The translations under genes were made by a program, and so were the position numbers. The notes under the pieces were generated by a model. It was not told the DNA's origin, searched no databases, and saw nothing but the letters and a program-made list of their open reading frames with translations. A stretch of DNA of 64,000 bases from a virus. The stretch spans positions 1 through 64,000 of IMG/VR virus record IMGVR_UViG_3300010430_000025; one strand, 5' to 3'. Within the stretch, counting starts at the first letter, position 1. The number at the start of each line of letters is the position of its first letter. Below, in pieces: positions 48,619 through 57,881 of this stretch.

Positions 48619-48927
48619 ATGAGCATATTAGAAAACCCAGAGTTTAAAGCCTTTATTAAAGATAGAGCAAAAGCAAAAGAGGATAAAAAAGTTTTATTTG
48701 GTCATGTTGAGGGCTGTATTGACGGTGCAGAAAAAGCTGAAGAAATCCTAACCAAACAGTTTGAGGAGGAGTTAAAAAACTACATATCTCTAAATGATAT
48801 GTTTGCTTTTCAAGAATGGTTAGATAAAAAAGCAAATTCACCTGATGAAATGACTTTTTGTTTTATAGATAAGGAATACCCTGAACTCTACCAACTATAC
48901 TTTAAAGAAAAGGAGAACAAGAAATGA
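48619..48927 (+). CDS. hypothetical protein (paralog of 56897..57199)
   Basis: Shares N.EFK, GA..A..IL.K, F.EW...K, Y.EL..LY..EKE. Confidence 0.55.
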   Translation: MSILENPEFKAFIKDRAKAKEDKKVLFGHVEGCIDGAEKAEEILTKQFEEELKNYISLNDMFAFQEWLDKKANSPDEMTFCFIDKEYPELYQLYFKEKENKK

Positions 48928-49319
48928 GCGAAATTAAAATTGATTTTATAGAGGATTTTGGCACGAAGTACGCTAAAAGATACCCGTTAACAGCTGCAGG
49001 AATATCTGAGTGCATGAATAATAATGAAGATGTTTTTTCTTGTTCTATTGGAGAGTATTTAGACAGAATATTAAAGGGTCATTACTCAAATATAAAAGCA
49101 ATAAGAGCAACTGGCATACAAGATAAAAACGGTAAAGATGTTTTTGAAGGGGATGCTGTAAAAAACTCCGCCGCAAAGTTTGTGGTTGTATTTAACAAAG
49201 GTTGTTTTGCCGTAAAACAAATTGGGCTACCAGATAGAGAGACGTATCTTGCTTTAAGAGCGGCAAAAGAAATTGAAATTATTGGCAATATTAACATCAA
49301 CCCAGAACTTCTAAAATAA
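48924..49319 (+). CDS. YopX-family protein
   Basis: TGIQDKNGKDVFEGD...EIIGNININPELL. Confidence 0.8.
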   Translation: MSEIKIDFIEDFGTKYAKRYPLTAAGISECMNNNEDVFSCSIGEYLDRILKGHYSNIKAIRATGIQDKNGKDVFEGDAVKNSAAKFVVVFNKGCFAVKQIGLPDRETYLALRAAKEIEIIGNININPELLK

Positions 49320-49346
49320 AAAACCTCCTGCGGTTAAACAAGAGGC
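49318..49346 (-). terminator. minus-strand intrinsic terminator (candidate sRNA end)
   Basis: GCCTCTTG-TTTAACCG-CAGGAGGT-TTTTT. Confidence 0.6.
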
Positions 49347-49420
49347 TAAACTTTTATTATGAATACAAAAGGAGACGTTTCCCAACGGTCATTTGTAGAT
49401 ACAGCAAAGATACACAAACA

Positions 49421-49783
49421 ATGGGAATAACCAAAATAGATGCTAAAACAGCGAAGTGGTACTTAGAAAGTGAAATAAAAGATATACAATGGGTTTTTGA
49501 ACACAGGTTCCACCCAAAGAGAAGGTGGAGATTTGATATGGCTAATATAGAAAACAAAATAGCTATTGAGATTGAGGGAGGAATATTTAGCAAAGGAAAT
49601 GGGCAAAAAGGGAGTGGGGCGCATAGCAGCGTAACTGGCATATTAAGGGATATAGAAAAGTACAACAATGCCACAGCATTAGGATGGAGGGTCATAAGAG
49701 TAGTACCAACAGTATCAAAACTTAATGATATTAAAGAACTTGTAATGGCTATAAAAAGTTTAGATAATGGAGTACCCTTATAA
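49421..49783 (+). CDS. PD-(D/E)XK (Vsr/DUF559-like) endonuclease
   Basis: EHRFHPKRRWRFDMA...IAIEIEGG...RDIEKYN.A..LGWRV. Confidence 0.8.
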   Translation: MGITKIDAKTAKWYLESEIKDIQWVFEHRFHPKRRWRFDMANIENKIAIEIEGGIFSKGNGQKGSGAHSSVTGILRDIEKYNNATALGWRVIRVVPTVSKLNDIKELVMAIKSLDNGVPL

Positions 49784-50048
49784 TATTTTAATATTAAGTG
49801 CTGATTGCAAGCACATTAGAGAAAAAATGATGCTCAAAAAACAAAAGAAAGAGCAAATAAAAACGGATATGGAAAAGTTCCCTGTAGGGAGCAGGGAAAA
49901 GGAGGCGGTAGAAACAAGATATACCAACATAAGTTCAGGGTGCAGAGCATTAAAAGCCCTTTTGTGTAAAAGGGAAGACAAGCTAACAGCTATGGTATTA
50001 GAATTTGAAAAACAATTAGAGTACGACAAACTTTTTAAAAACAACTAA
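49767..50048 (+). CDS. hypothetical protein
   Basis: ORF in operon. Confidence 0.45.
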   Translation: MEYPYNILILSADCKHIREKMMLKKQKKEQIKTDMEKFPVGSREKEAVETRYTNISSGCRALKALLCKREDKLTAMVLEFEKQLEYDKLFKNN

Positions 50049-50055
50049 ATAAATT

Positions 50056-50304
50056 ATGACAGATTTTAGGGGGCTAACAGAAGAGCAGAAGGTAGAACTA
50101 GCTAATTATTTAAGCGAGGGGGCGGACGACATACAGCTAAACAACAACGTAGTAACATTATACTTTGATGAACACGCTTTTAACAAGGTAGAAGCGGTAC
50201 ACTTTGATAATGAAAAAGTATATATATCAGGAAGGTTTAGCGACAATAGAGACAAGACAGAGCTAGCTGAGGAATGGTTAGAAAACAACAATTACACAGA
50301 TTAA
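50056..50304 (+). CDS. hypothetical protein
   Basis: ORF in operon. Confidence 0.5.
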   Translation: MTDFRGLTEEQKVELANYLSEGADDIQLNNNVVTLYFDEHAFNKVEAVHFDNEKVYISGRFSDNRDKTELAEEWLENNNYTD

Positions 50305-50523
50305 GAATAGGATTATGAGAAAAATATTCATGTTAATACTAAAACTATTATTCCTTTATGCAATGTGCGCTTTACTGGGTGCTTCATTTAACCCTTTTGA
50401 GTGGGATTGGTATGCTAGGGTGTTTGCAGTAATAGGATTAGTAGCTTTTTATCTATCAAACGTAAGCGACTAACCCTTAACTAACCCCTTTACTATTAAA
50501 GAAAACACGTATAAAACTTAATT

Positions 50524-50856
50524 ATGAATTTACTATTAGAACAAATCAAAAAAGATTTTAGAAAAAACAACAGCTTGCCTGAAAATGCAAGGTTATCCGA
50601 ATCCCAGCGAAACGAAATCGCTATTATATACGGCAATGAGTTTGCAAAAGAATATGTCGACTTTATTGATTATAAAGACTATAAACTTGCAGATGATGGT
50701 TTTTGGCGTGTCAACGGCAAAGGGGAAACATTTGAGTGCGATGATGTTATTGCTCAGTTACACCAACACCTTAATAAAGCTATAAAACAACATGGAATAA
50801 GCTATACAAATTATGGAAACAAAAAAAACAAGGGCTTTACCATCTCCAAAACTTGA
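50524..50856 (+). CDS. hypothetical protein
   Basis: ORF in operon. Confidence 0.5.
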   Translation: MNLLLEQIKKDFRKNNSLPENARLSESQRNEIAIIYGNEFAKEYVDFIDYKDYKLADDGFWRVNGKGETFECDDVIAQLHQHLNKAIKQHGISYTNYGNKKNKGFTISKT

Positions 50857-50880
50857 TAACAAATAAAAGCTCTAAATAAT

Positions 50881-51294
50881 ATGAACCCAATATTTTACAC
50901 AACACTAGAACAGAGTAAAAAGCTAAAGGAACTAGGTATAGTTCAAGAGAGTGAGAATGCTTGGTTTACTTACGAAAAAATGGGTAATGAACAAACCCCA
51001 TCACTTCATTCTTTTTACCATAAGAACTGGCAAGAAGAAGAACAGAGAGCGTACAGAAACTACAAGTTTATAGCCTCAGCCTTTTCAGTAGGTGAATTAG
51101 GGTTGATGCTACAAAGGGGTACGCCTAATTATATTTCGTATATGCAAATGTGGTCTTACAGAGATGCAGGGGAACAGATTAGAAGCTATGACTACGAAGC
51201 ACAAGCAAGAGGTGAAATGCTTTTAGATTTTTTAGAGGCTTATTCTGGTGAAATTAAAACCATCAACCAAAGGTATTTAGAAGCTATTAAATAA
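50881..51294 (+). CDS. Bacteroidota phage hypothetical protein
   Basis: TTLEQSKKLKELG...SAFSVGELG. Confidence 0.6.
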   Translation: MNPIFYTTLEQSKKLKELGIVQESENAWFTYEKMGNEQTPSLHSFYHKNWQEEEQRAYRNYKFIASAFSVGELGLMLQRGTPNYISYMQMWSYRDAGEQIRSYDYEAQARGEMLLDFLEAYSGEIKTINQRYLEAIK

Positions 51295-51512
51295 TGATAG
51301 AAGATGAAGAAAAACCAAAGCTAGTTGGATATTTAAACCGAAAATACGGATATAACGGTTTTGAACCAATAGAAGCAGGAACACCAGTATATGAATTGAA
51401 TAATAGATATTTTTTTGAAATGAAAATCACATTACCATCACATAATAGAAGCCTTGTTAGACAATGGTTTAGAAAGGATAGCGGACTACTTAATCACATA
51501 AACATCACATAA
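51294..51512 (+). CDS. hypothetical protein
   Basis: Coupled ORF. Confidence 0.5.
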   Translation: MIEDEEKPKLVGYLNRKYGYNGFEPIEAGTPVYELNNRYFFEMKITLPSHNRSLVRQWFRKDSGLLNHINIT

Positions 51513-51525
51513 AAACTATAAAATT

Positions 51526-51933
51526 ATGAACGAATACCAAAAAAGAAACTTTTGCAACCACGACGCTAGTTTAGCTTTGAGGGGATTGGGGTATAAGGAA
51601 AAAAGCATCGCTGTACATTACAGCGAGAGTCTCTTTGAAGTTTGGCAAAAAGATATTTATATGAACTCCGTTCCAAACTGTATAGCCGCCCCCACTTTCT
51701 TAGATGCTATTGCTTATCTATGGATAGAGCACGGGATAGATGTGGTTGTGCATGTGTTAACCTATACTGCTGCAATGGAAGGGTATTATCATTGGAGCGT
51801 AGATGAGTTGATAGAAGATAAATTTGATATGTTTACACAATTAGAAGGTGAAGAAAAAACACGTCATCAAGCCTACAACACATCTATAATAAAAGCCTGT
51901 GAGTACATTAAGAAAGGAGAGAAAGATGAATGA
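51526..51933 (+). CDS. Bacteroidota phage hypothetical protein
   Basis: F...SLALRGLGY...AAPT...YLW..HGI. Confidence 0.6.
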   Translation: MNEYQKRNFCNHDASLALRGLGYKEKSIAVHYSESLFEVWQKDIYMNSVPNCIAAPTFLDAIAYLWIEHGIDVVVHVLTYTAAMEGYYHWSVDELIEDKFDMFTQLEGEEKTRHQAYNTSIIKACEYIKKGEKDE

Positions 51934-52171
51934 ATTGCCGCATTATAAAATAAAGTTTGACACAGCAGAATCTAGTAAGGAATTTCAAGAATATTGTTTT
52001 AATAATGGCTTTACAACGTGGTTTAGAAAACCTATTGATATAGATAATAGCCAGTATTTTCACATTTACCCAAATAAAGTATTAACTAAAATAACACCCG
52101 AAACATATCGAACAAGTTTTTATGAAGAGATAACATTTCAAAAGTTTAAAGAGAAAGAAATAACTAAATGA
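51926..52171 (+). CDS. hypothetical protein
   Basis: ORF 51899..52171; likely ATG at 51926. Confidence 0.5.
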   Translation: MNELPHYKIKFDTAESSKEFQEYCFNNGFTTWFRKPIDIDNSQYFHIYPNKVLTKITPETYRTSFYEEITFQKFKEKEITK

Positions 52172-52269
52172 CTAAAACAATAGAGATACCATTAAAGCTA
52201 TGGAGGGCTAACAAGTGAAATCGACAAAAAACTTTTTAAATTTACATTATAATATATTATATTTGAACA

Positions 52270-52458
52270 ATGGAATTAGATAAAACCTATGAGTACACTA
52301 TAAGCGAATATGCTACCCTTAAAAAGGTACACGTCCAAACTGTTTACGCATGGAAAGACGGGGGAAATCTTAATCGCCAGCCAGACTACATTTCCCACAA
52401 AAGAATTGGAACGGTTTGGATAATAATATCTTCTACTCCTAAAGAAATAAATGGGTAA
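52270..52458 (+). CDS. small HTH regulator heading the replication operon
   Basis: TISEYATLKKVHVQTVYAW; TATATTTG box 4 nt upstream. Confidence 0.6.
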   Translation: MELDKTYEYTISEYATLKKVHVQTVYAWKDGGNLNRQPDYISHKRIGTVWIIISSTPKEING

Positions 52459-53197
52459 ACTACCTGCACTTCAATTTTATCCTGCCGACTGGAGAAAAGA
52501 TATTGGCGTTCAGAGCCTTAGCCTTGAAGATAGAGCTATATGGTTTGAAATGATTTGCATTATGCACGAAAGTGAGCAGAGGGGGAAATTAGTAATAAAC
52601 GGAAAACCAATGACTGATGAAATGGTGGCAAGATTAATAGGAATTTCTGAAAAAAAATACAAAAAATCAAAAGAAAAAATGGAAAATTTCGGAGTTTTTT
52701 CTGTTTCAGATGGAGTAGTATTTAATAGAAGAATGGTAAGGGATGAATATATAAGAAATGTAAGAATAGCGGCTGGCTCAAAGGGTGGGAATCCTAATTT
52801 GACTAAAAATTTGGATAACCAAAAAATAAACCAAACACACGAGCAAACCGACAAGCAAAACACAACCCCTTCATCTTCATCTTCATCTTCAACTTCGATA
52901 AAGAAAGATAAGAGAGTTTCTACTCTTTTGGATTTTAGTAATTATGAACCTGAATTGGTAGATGCTTTAAAAATTTGGGTTGACTACCGAAAAGGGAGGG
53001 GAGGAAAACTTACAGTTAAAAACCAAAAATCACTCGACTTTCAAAGAGATAGATTAAAAAGACTGAGTAATAACAATAAAAAATTAGCGGATGCGATTGT
53101 AAAATGCGCTACCGAAACTAATTGGGACGGCTTATACCCTATTCCAGAAAATTTAAAAAGCGTGTATTTACCCGAAGAAAAAAGGATGGTAGTGTAA
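52451..53197 (+). CDS. phage replication initiator (YdaU/DUF1376-like N-terminus)
   Basis: LPALQFYPADWRKD...NRRMVRD...AGSKGGNP, Ser run, C-terminal WVDYRK...NWDGL; precedes primase-helicase. Confidence 0.75.
   Translation: MGKLPALQFYPADWRKDIGVQSLSLEDRAIWFEMICIMHESEQRGKLVINGKPMTDEMVARLIGISEKKYKKSKEKMENFGVFSVSDGVVFNRRMVRDEYIRNVRIAAGSKGGNPNLTKNLDNQKINQTHEQTDKQNTTPSSSSSSSTSIKKDKRVSTLLDFSNYEPELVDALKIWVDYRKGRGGKLTVKNQKSLDFQRDRLKRLSNNNKKLADAIVKCATETNWDGLYPIPENLKSVYLPEEKRMVV
52817..52891 (+). repeat. iteron-like 12-bp periodic repeats and (TCATCT)n inside the initiator gene; candidate origin
   Basis: AACCAAA, AACCAAA, GAGCAAA, AAGCAAA at 52817/52829/52841/52853. Confidence 0.45.
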
Positions 53198-55044
53198 TGA
53201 TAGATAACGCAGTAATAGAAGAATTGTTATCTGCCGCAAAAATAAAAACGGTGGTAGAGTCTTATATTCCTTTAAAAAAGAAAGGAATAAATTGGGTGGG
53301 GCTTTGTCCTTTTCATGAAGAAAAAAGCGGGAGTTTTACAGTAAGCGAAGCAAAAGGCATTTACAAATGTTTTGGCTGCGGGAGGTCGGGCAACGCTATA
53401 AGTTTTTTAATGGAAAGGGGCGATACTTTTTTAGATTCTGTCAATTCATTAGCAAAAACTTTCGGGGTAGAAATTCCTGATTCAAAACCAAAAGAATATT
53501 TTAAACCACAAGAGGTAAAAACAGGGTTAACAGAAAAAGCAGAAAAATACTTAACTCAAACAAGGGGAATAAGTAAAAACACCTTGCTAAGATTTGAAAT
53601 ATGCTCTAAAAAGGAGTTTATGCCGCAAATAAGTAAGGAAACCGACTGTATATTGTTTAAGTATTACCGAAAAAAAAACCTTGTAAATATAAAATATAGG
53701 GACGGAGCAAAAAACTTTAAACTTGAAAAAGGGGCTGAGTTAATTTTTTATAACCTTGATGCAATAGAAAAAACAAAAGAGTGTATTATAGTTGAGGGGG
53801 AAATAGACTGTTTAACAGCTTACGACTGCGGAATACACAATGTAGTAAGCGTGCCTAACGGAGCTTCAAAAGGAAGTCAAAGACTTGAGTACTTAGACAA
53901 CTGTGTAGAATACTTTATTGATAAAGAAAAAGTAATAATAGCCACTGACAACGACCAAGCTGGGAAAACACTAAGAGACGAACTAACTAGGCGATTTGGG
54001 GTAGATAGATGTTGGCACGTAAACTATCCAAGCGGGTGCAAAGACTTTAACGATGTTAAAACAAAATTAGGGGCTGAAAAAGTTGTTGAATGTATAAAAA
54101 ACGCAGAACAACCACCCCTTGCGGGAGTTTTAACTGTAGCTGACATAGAAAAAGAGTTAGACACACTGTTTGTAGAAGGCTATCCTTCTATAGACGGGAT
54201 TGACTGGGTATATTTTGACGAGCTAATAAAATTTTCCTTTGGGAGACTAACCATAATTACAGGAATCCCAAATTCTGGGAAAAGCGATTTTATCGACCAA
54301 ATATCAGTTAGGCTAGCTAACAGGAGGGGATGGAAATTTGGCGTGTTTAGTCCTGAAAGGCTACCTTCCGAAATACATGTTTCAAAATTAGCTTCGGTTT
54401 ATATAGGGATGCCCTTTGTTGACTATCCAGATAGAAAAAAAATGTCAACAGACCAATATGTGCAGGCAAAGTATTTTTGTAATGAACATTATTATTTTTT
54501 GAATGTAGAGGAGGTTGATTGCACAATAGACGGCATTTTATCAAAGGCAGAAGAAATGGTTTTACGGTTTGGCATAAACGGGTTGATTATAGACCCGTAC
54601 AATTATATTGAAAGTAAAAGACCGAATGGAATGAGCGAAACCGAATATGTATCCCTTGTTTTAGGTAAAATTAAAATGTTTAGCTATAAGTATAAAGTTC
54701 ACCCGTTTTTAGTTGCTCATCCAACAAAAATGAAGAAAAACGCAAATGGAAAATACGATATAGCTACTTTATATGACATAAGCGGGAGCGCAAATTTTTT
54801 TAACAAGACAGACAATGGAATAAGTTTATACAGGAATTACGACACGGGGCTATTAGATGTGTATGTTCAAAAAGTAAAATATTTTTGGGAAGGAAAGGTA
54901 GGTTATACCTCTTTTAAATACGACCCTTATACTTCACGATACAGCACAGAAATGGGAGATTTTGAGCAAGAGTATAAATACGCCCCGTACTTTGCGCAGC
55001 CTACCGTAAAACAATTAGAAATTGAAGAAAAAGAACCTTTTTAA
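53197..55044 (+). CDS. DNA primase-helicase (CHC2 zinc finger + TOPRIM + SF4 helicase)
   Basis: CPFHEEKSGSF..CFGC, IVEGEID, ATDNDQAG, GIPNSGKS, IIDPYN, VAHP; ATG 53197 overlaps the initiator stop. Confidence 0.92.
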   Translation: MIDNAVIEELLSAAKIKTVVESYIPLKKKGINWVGLCPFHEEKSGSFTVSEAKGIYKCFGCGRSGNAISFLMERGDTFLDSVNSLAKTFGVEIPDSKPKEYFKPQEVKTGLTEKAEKYLTQTRGISKNTLLRFEICSKKEFMPQISKETDCILFKYYRKKNLVNIKYRDGAKNFKLEKGAELIFYNLDAIEKTKECIIVEGEIDCLTAYDCGIHNVVSVPNGASKGSQRLEYLDNCVEYFIDKEKVIIATDNDQAGKTLRDELTRRFGVDRCWHVNYPSGCKDFNDVKTKLGAEKVVECIKNAEQPPLAGVLTVADIEKELDTLFVEGYPSIDGIDWVYFDELIKFSFGRLTIITGIPNSGKSDFIDQISVRLANRRGWKFGVFSPERLPSEIHVSKLASVYIGMPFVDYPDRKKMSTDQYVQAKYFCNEHYYFLNVEEVDCTIDGILSKAEEMVLRFGINGLIIDPYNYIESKRPNGMSETEYVSLVLGKIKMFSYKYKVHPFLVAHPTKMKKNANGKYDIATLYDISGSANFFNKTDNGISLYRNYDTGLLDVYVQKVKYFWEGKVGYTSFKYDPYTSRYSTEMGDFEQEYKYAPYFAQPTVKQLEIEEKEPF

Positions 55045-55064
55045 CAACATAAACAATAAAAACA

Positions 55065-55706
55065 ATGGCAATTACAGCAACAAGCGAAGGAAGTACAAAT
55101 TTTGAACCAGTACCAGCAGGAACTTTCCCTGCAAGATGTTTTAGCATGATTCACTTAGGAACCATGAATGAAAACATTATGGGAACTGAAAAACAGTTAA
55201 ACAAAGTAAGGATAAGCTGGGAGCTACCTACAGAACTAAAAGTGTTTAAAGAGGAAAACGGGGAACAGCCTTTGGTAATAAGCAAAGACTTTACCCTATC
55301 TATGAATGAAAAAGCCACCCTCCGAAAATATATGGAAAGCTGGAGAGGTAAAAGCTACACAGAAGAAGAAGCAAAAAGCGTGGATATAACAAAATTGTTA
55401 GGAGTGCCGTGCCTTTTATCCATAATACACAAAACCAGTAAAAACGGTAAAAAATATGCGGATATATCTTCTGTTACAACTCTGCCAAAAGGGATGGAAG
55501 TTCCATCACAAATCAACCCTACTTTTGAGCTTAATTATGAAAACTTTGATAACGTTTTGTTTGAAACACTACCTGATTTTATTAAGGATAAAATGAAAAA
55601 AACACCTGAATATCAAAAGGCTATTAATCCAGAGAGCGAAAACCTTGAGGGAACTGATGACGATGTTCCTTACGTAGATGATGAGCAGGATGGATTGCCC
55701 TTTTAA
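55065..55706 (+). CDS. putative ssDNA-binding/replication protein (NGO0469-like)
   Basis: FEPVPAGTFPARC..IHLGT; acidic tail ending DGLPF. Confidence 0.65.
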   Translation: MAITATSEGSTNFEPVPAGTFPARCFSMIHLGTMNENIMGTEKQLNKVRISWELPTELKVFKEENGEQPLVISKDFTLSMNEKATLRKYMESWRGKSYTEEEAKSVDITKLLGVPCLLSIIHKTSKNGKKYADISSVTTLPKGMEVPSQINPTFELNYENFDNVLFETLPDFIKDKMKKTPEYQKAINPESENLEGTDDDVPYVDDEQDGLPF

Positions 55707-55728
55707 ATTAACTGAAAATTAAACACTT

Positions 55729-56202
55729 ATGAATAACATTTTAGATGAACTAAGCATACTCCCTGAAAACTACAGGGAGTTAAATACTGCTATTAAGCAG
55801 ATAAAGGAGGGGGTAAAAAAAGAGGGGGTATCAGCTTTAAGGGTAAAAGCCCAGCTTAAATACATGGAGTTAATGATTAAAAGGGTTAAAGACATTGTAG
55901 ATAAGGCGGCTTTAGAAGAAGCGGACAGCTATGGTGATGAAGCCTTTAATAAATATGGTTTTGAGATACAAAAGTCGGAGAACGCAACTAATTATAATTA
56001 CGATAACTGCGGAGACCCTGAATTAGATTTGTATTTAGAAAAAGAGGCTATACTAAAAAGAGACAAGGAAGCAAGGCAGAACTTTTTAAAGTCATTGAAA
56101 GAAAAGTTTGTTATGATAGATGAAAAAACAGGAGATATACACGAGTTATACCCACCTGTAAAAACCTCTACAACAGGCTTAAAATTCACCTTAAAAAAAT
56201 AA
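55729..56202 (+). CDS. conserved Bacteroidota phage protein
   Basis: YNYDNCGDP...RQNFLKSL...TGDI..LYPPVKTSTT. Confidence 0.6.
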   Translation: MNNILDELSILPENYRELNTAIKQIKEGVKKEGVSALRVKAQLKYMELMIKRVKDIVDKAALEEADSYGDEAFNKYGFEIQKSENATNYNYDNCGDPELDLYLEKEAILKRDKEARQNFLKSLKEKFVMIDEKTGDIHELYPPVKTSTTGLKFTLKK

Positions 56203-56205
56203 ACT

Positions 56206-56373
56206 ATGCACAATTATAAAAGAACAGTAAGCAACCCTCGTATGGCAATAATGCAATGTGAGAACTGCGGAGCAAAGAAAACTGACAGAAACGGGGTATA
56301 TACCTACCAAGAAAAGGATAAGCCTGAACAGAAGGTAGAACCTGAGTGTATAAGCAAGAGAGGTGTAAAATGA
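56206..56373 (+). CDS. small zinc-ribbon-like protein (55 aa)
   Basis: MHNYKRTVSNPRMAIMQCENCGAKK...; fills the gap, ATGA overlap with the next gene. Confidence 0.45.
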   Translation: MHNYKRTVSNPRMAIMQCENCGAKKTDRNGVYTYQEKDKPEQKVEPECISKRGVK

Positions 56374-56894
56374 GAGTACTAACATTTGCAACAAGTTTCC
56401 CCTCAACACACCCACGAAAGGGTGAGCCTACATACTTTGTAGAAAAGATATTAAACTCCATAAACCACAAATATGAAGTTTCGGCTTATGAAGTTGATAA
56501 ACTTTTAGGGTTTAGCTTATTAGACCAGTTTGGAATAAAACTCCTTCCTAAACACCACACAATAAGGGCAGACAGAAAAGATGGGAAAAAATGGAAAGCT
56601 GGCGATTATTTTAGCCCGCGAGTTTGGAGTGGCAGACCACGCGTAAGCAAACAAATAGTAATAGCCCCGCCTATAAAGGTAGAGAAGGTTTGGGATATAA
56701 ATATATACCCGACTTACGATGTATGGATAAACGATGAAACCCTTTTACGTATAGGCTCGGAAGATTGGGAAACATTGGCGACAAACGACGGGCTAAACGG
56801 TAAAGATTTAACAGACTGGTTTATACCTAATCCTAAAAAGTTTAAAGGGTTTAGCGGTCAGATTATATGCTGGAATAACGAAATAAATTACTAA
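56370..56894 (+). CDS. ASCH-like domain protein
   Basis: KHHTIR, W..GD.FSPRVWSG.P..SKQ, LATNDGL. Confidence 0.6.
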   Translation: MRVLTFATSFPSTHPRKGEPTYFVEKILNSINHKYEVSAYEVDKLLGFSLLDQFGIKLLPKHHTIRADRKDGKKWKAGDYFSPRVWSGRPRVSKQIVIAPPIKVEKVWDINIYPTYDVWINDETLLRIGSEDWETLATNDGLNGKDLTDWFIPNPKKFKGFSGQIICWNNEINY

Positions 56895-56896
56895 TC

Positions 56897-57199
56897 ATGA
56901 AAATAACAGATAACGAAGAGTTTAAAAAGGCAAGGCTGTCAAATTTAAAACTTAACAATAGCTCCGCTTATAACACGTCAAAAAGCAGGCATATAGACTT
57001 AGGCGCAACCTTAGCCCAAAGTATTTTAGAAAAAGAACATGAGGCTTTTTGTGAGTGGATAAATCAAAAAATTGCAGAAGATTGCCTAGAGGTGCAAAAT
57101 GAAAAGTGGTGCTATTCTTACGAAAATGGTTTAACTAAACCTTTAAATTACAGTGAACTTAAAGAACTATACCAAAAGGAAAAGGAGAAAACTAAATGA
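56897..57199 (+). CDS. hypothetical protein
   Basis: Paralog of 48619..48927. Confidence 0.55.
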   Translation: MKITDNEEFKKARLSNLKLNNSSAYNTSKSRHIDLGATLAQSILEKEHEAFCEWINQKIAEDCLEVQNEKWCYSYENGLTKPLNYSELKELYQKEKEKTK

Positions 57200-57489
57200 A
57201 ATACGAGATTAAAACAATGTACACGCCTGTTATACAGGCTAACCACAATTTTTGCATAGCAAAGATAATGGAGGACGGTACTGTATATGAAATCGAAAAC
57301 ACTATTATAAATGGTGCTTACAGATGTTCTTTTAATACAAGCACTTCTGCAAAAGAAACCTACGACCAGTTTGGCTCTATAGCTCATATAGACTTATGGA
57401 ATGAAGCTATGGATATATTAATAGCACAGATAGGAGAATTATCAGAGGATATACATAGGACAGGAGAAGATGGGAAGAATAAAGGTTGA
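57196..57489 (+). CDS. hypothetical protein (paralog of 59829..60077)
   Basis: Shares NFC.A.I.E.G...EIE and ETY.Q.G..A. Confidence 0.55.
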   Translation: MKYEIKTMYTPVIQANHNFCIAKIMEDGTVYEIENTIINGAYRCSFNTSTSAKETYDQFGSIAHIDLWNEAMDILIAQIGELSEDIHRTGEDGKNKG

Positions 57490-57703
57490 ATCAGATATTA
57501 TCTACACCGTTATAGGGGAGTTTGACTGTGAATGCGGGAAGCCCTTACTTATTAGTTTAGAAAACGAAAGTAACTATTGGGACACCTCCATATTAGAAGG
57601 AGAAAGAACCACTTGTATTAACAAAGAGTGCTTAAAAGAATATGTTATAGAGAAAGAAGAATACACGGGTGATTTAATAGCAAAAACAACTAATGGGAAC
57701 TAA
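57470..57703 (+). CDS. small Cys-motif protein
   Basis: CECG ... C...C. Confidence 0.5.
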   Translation: MGRIKVESDIIYTVIGEFDCECGKPLLISLENESNYWDTSILEGERTTCINKECLKEYVIEKEEYTGDLIAKTTNGN

Positions 57704-57881
57704 AGAGTACAAAACAGAAACAGTAGCGCAAAGAACTTCAAAAGAGGTTTTAAAGCGAATATTAATGATAAATGCTGCTTCAAAAGCTACAGCTAAAAAA
57801 ATAGCTCAACATTATACTAAAAAAGATTTTGCTTACCACTATGGAGGTACTGCAACACGTATAGAAACAATAGTAAAATGA
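57693..57881 (+). CDS. hypothetical protein
   Basis: Coupled ORF. Confidence 0.45.
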   Translation: MGTKEYKTETVAQRTSKEVLKRILMINAASKATAKKIAQHYTKKDFAYHYGGTATRIETIVK

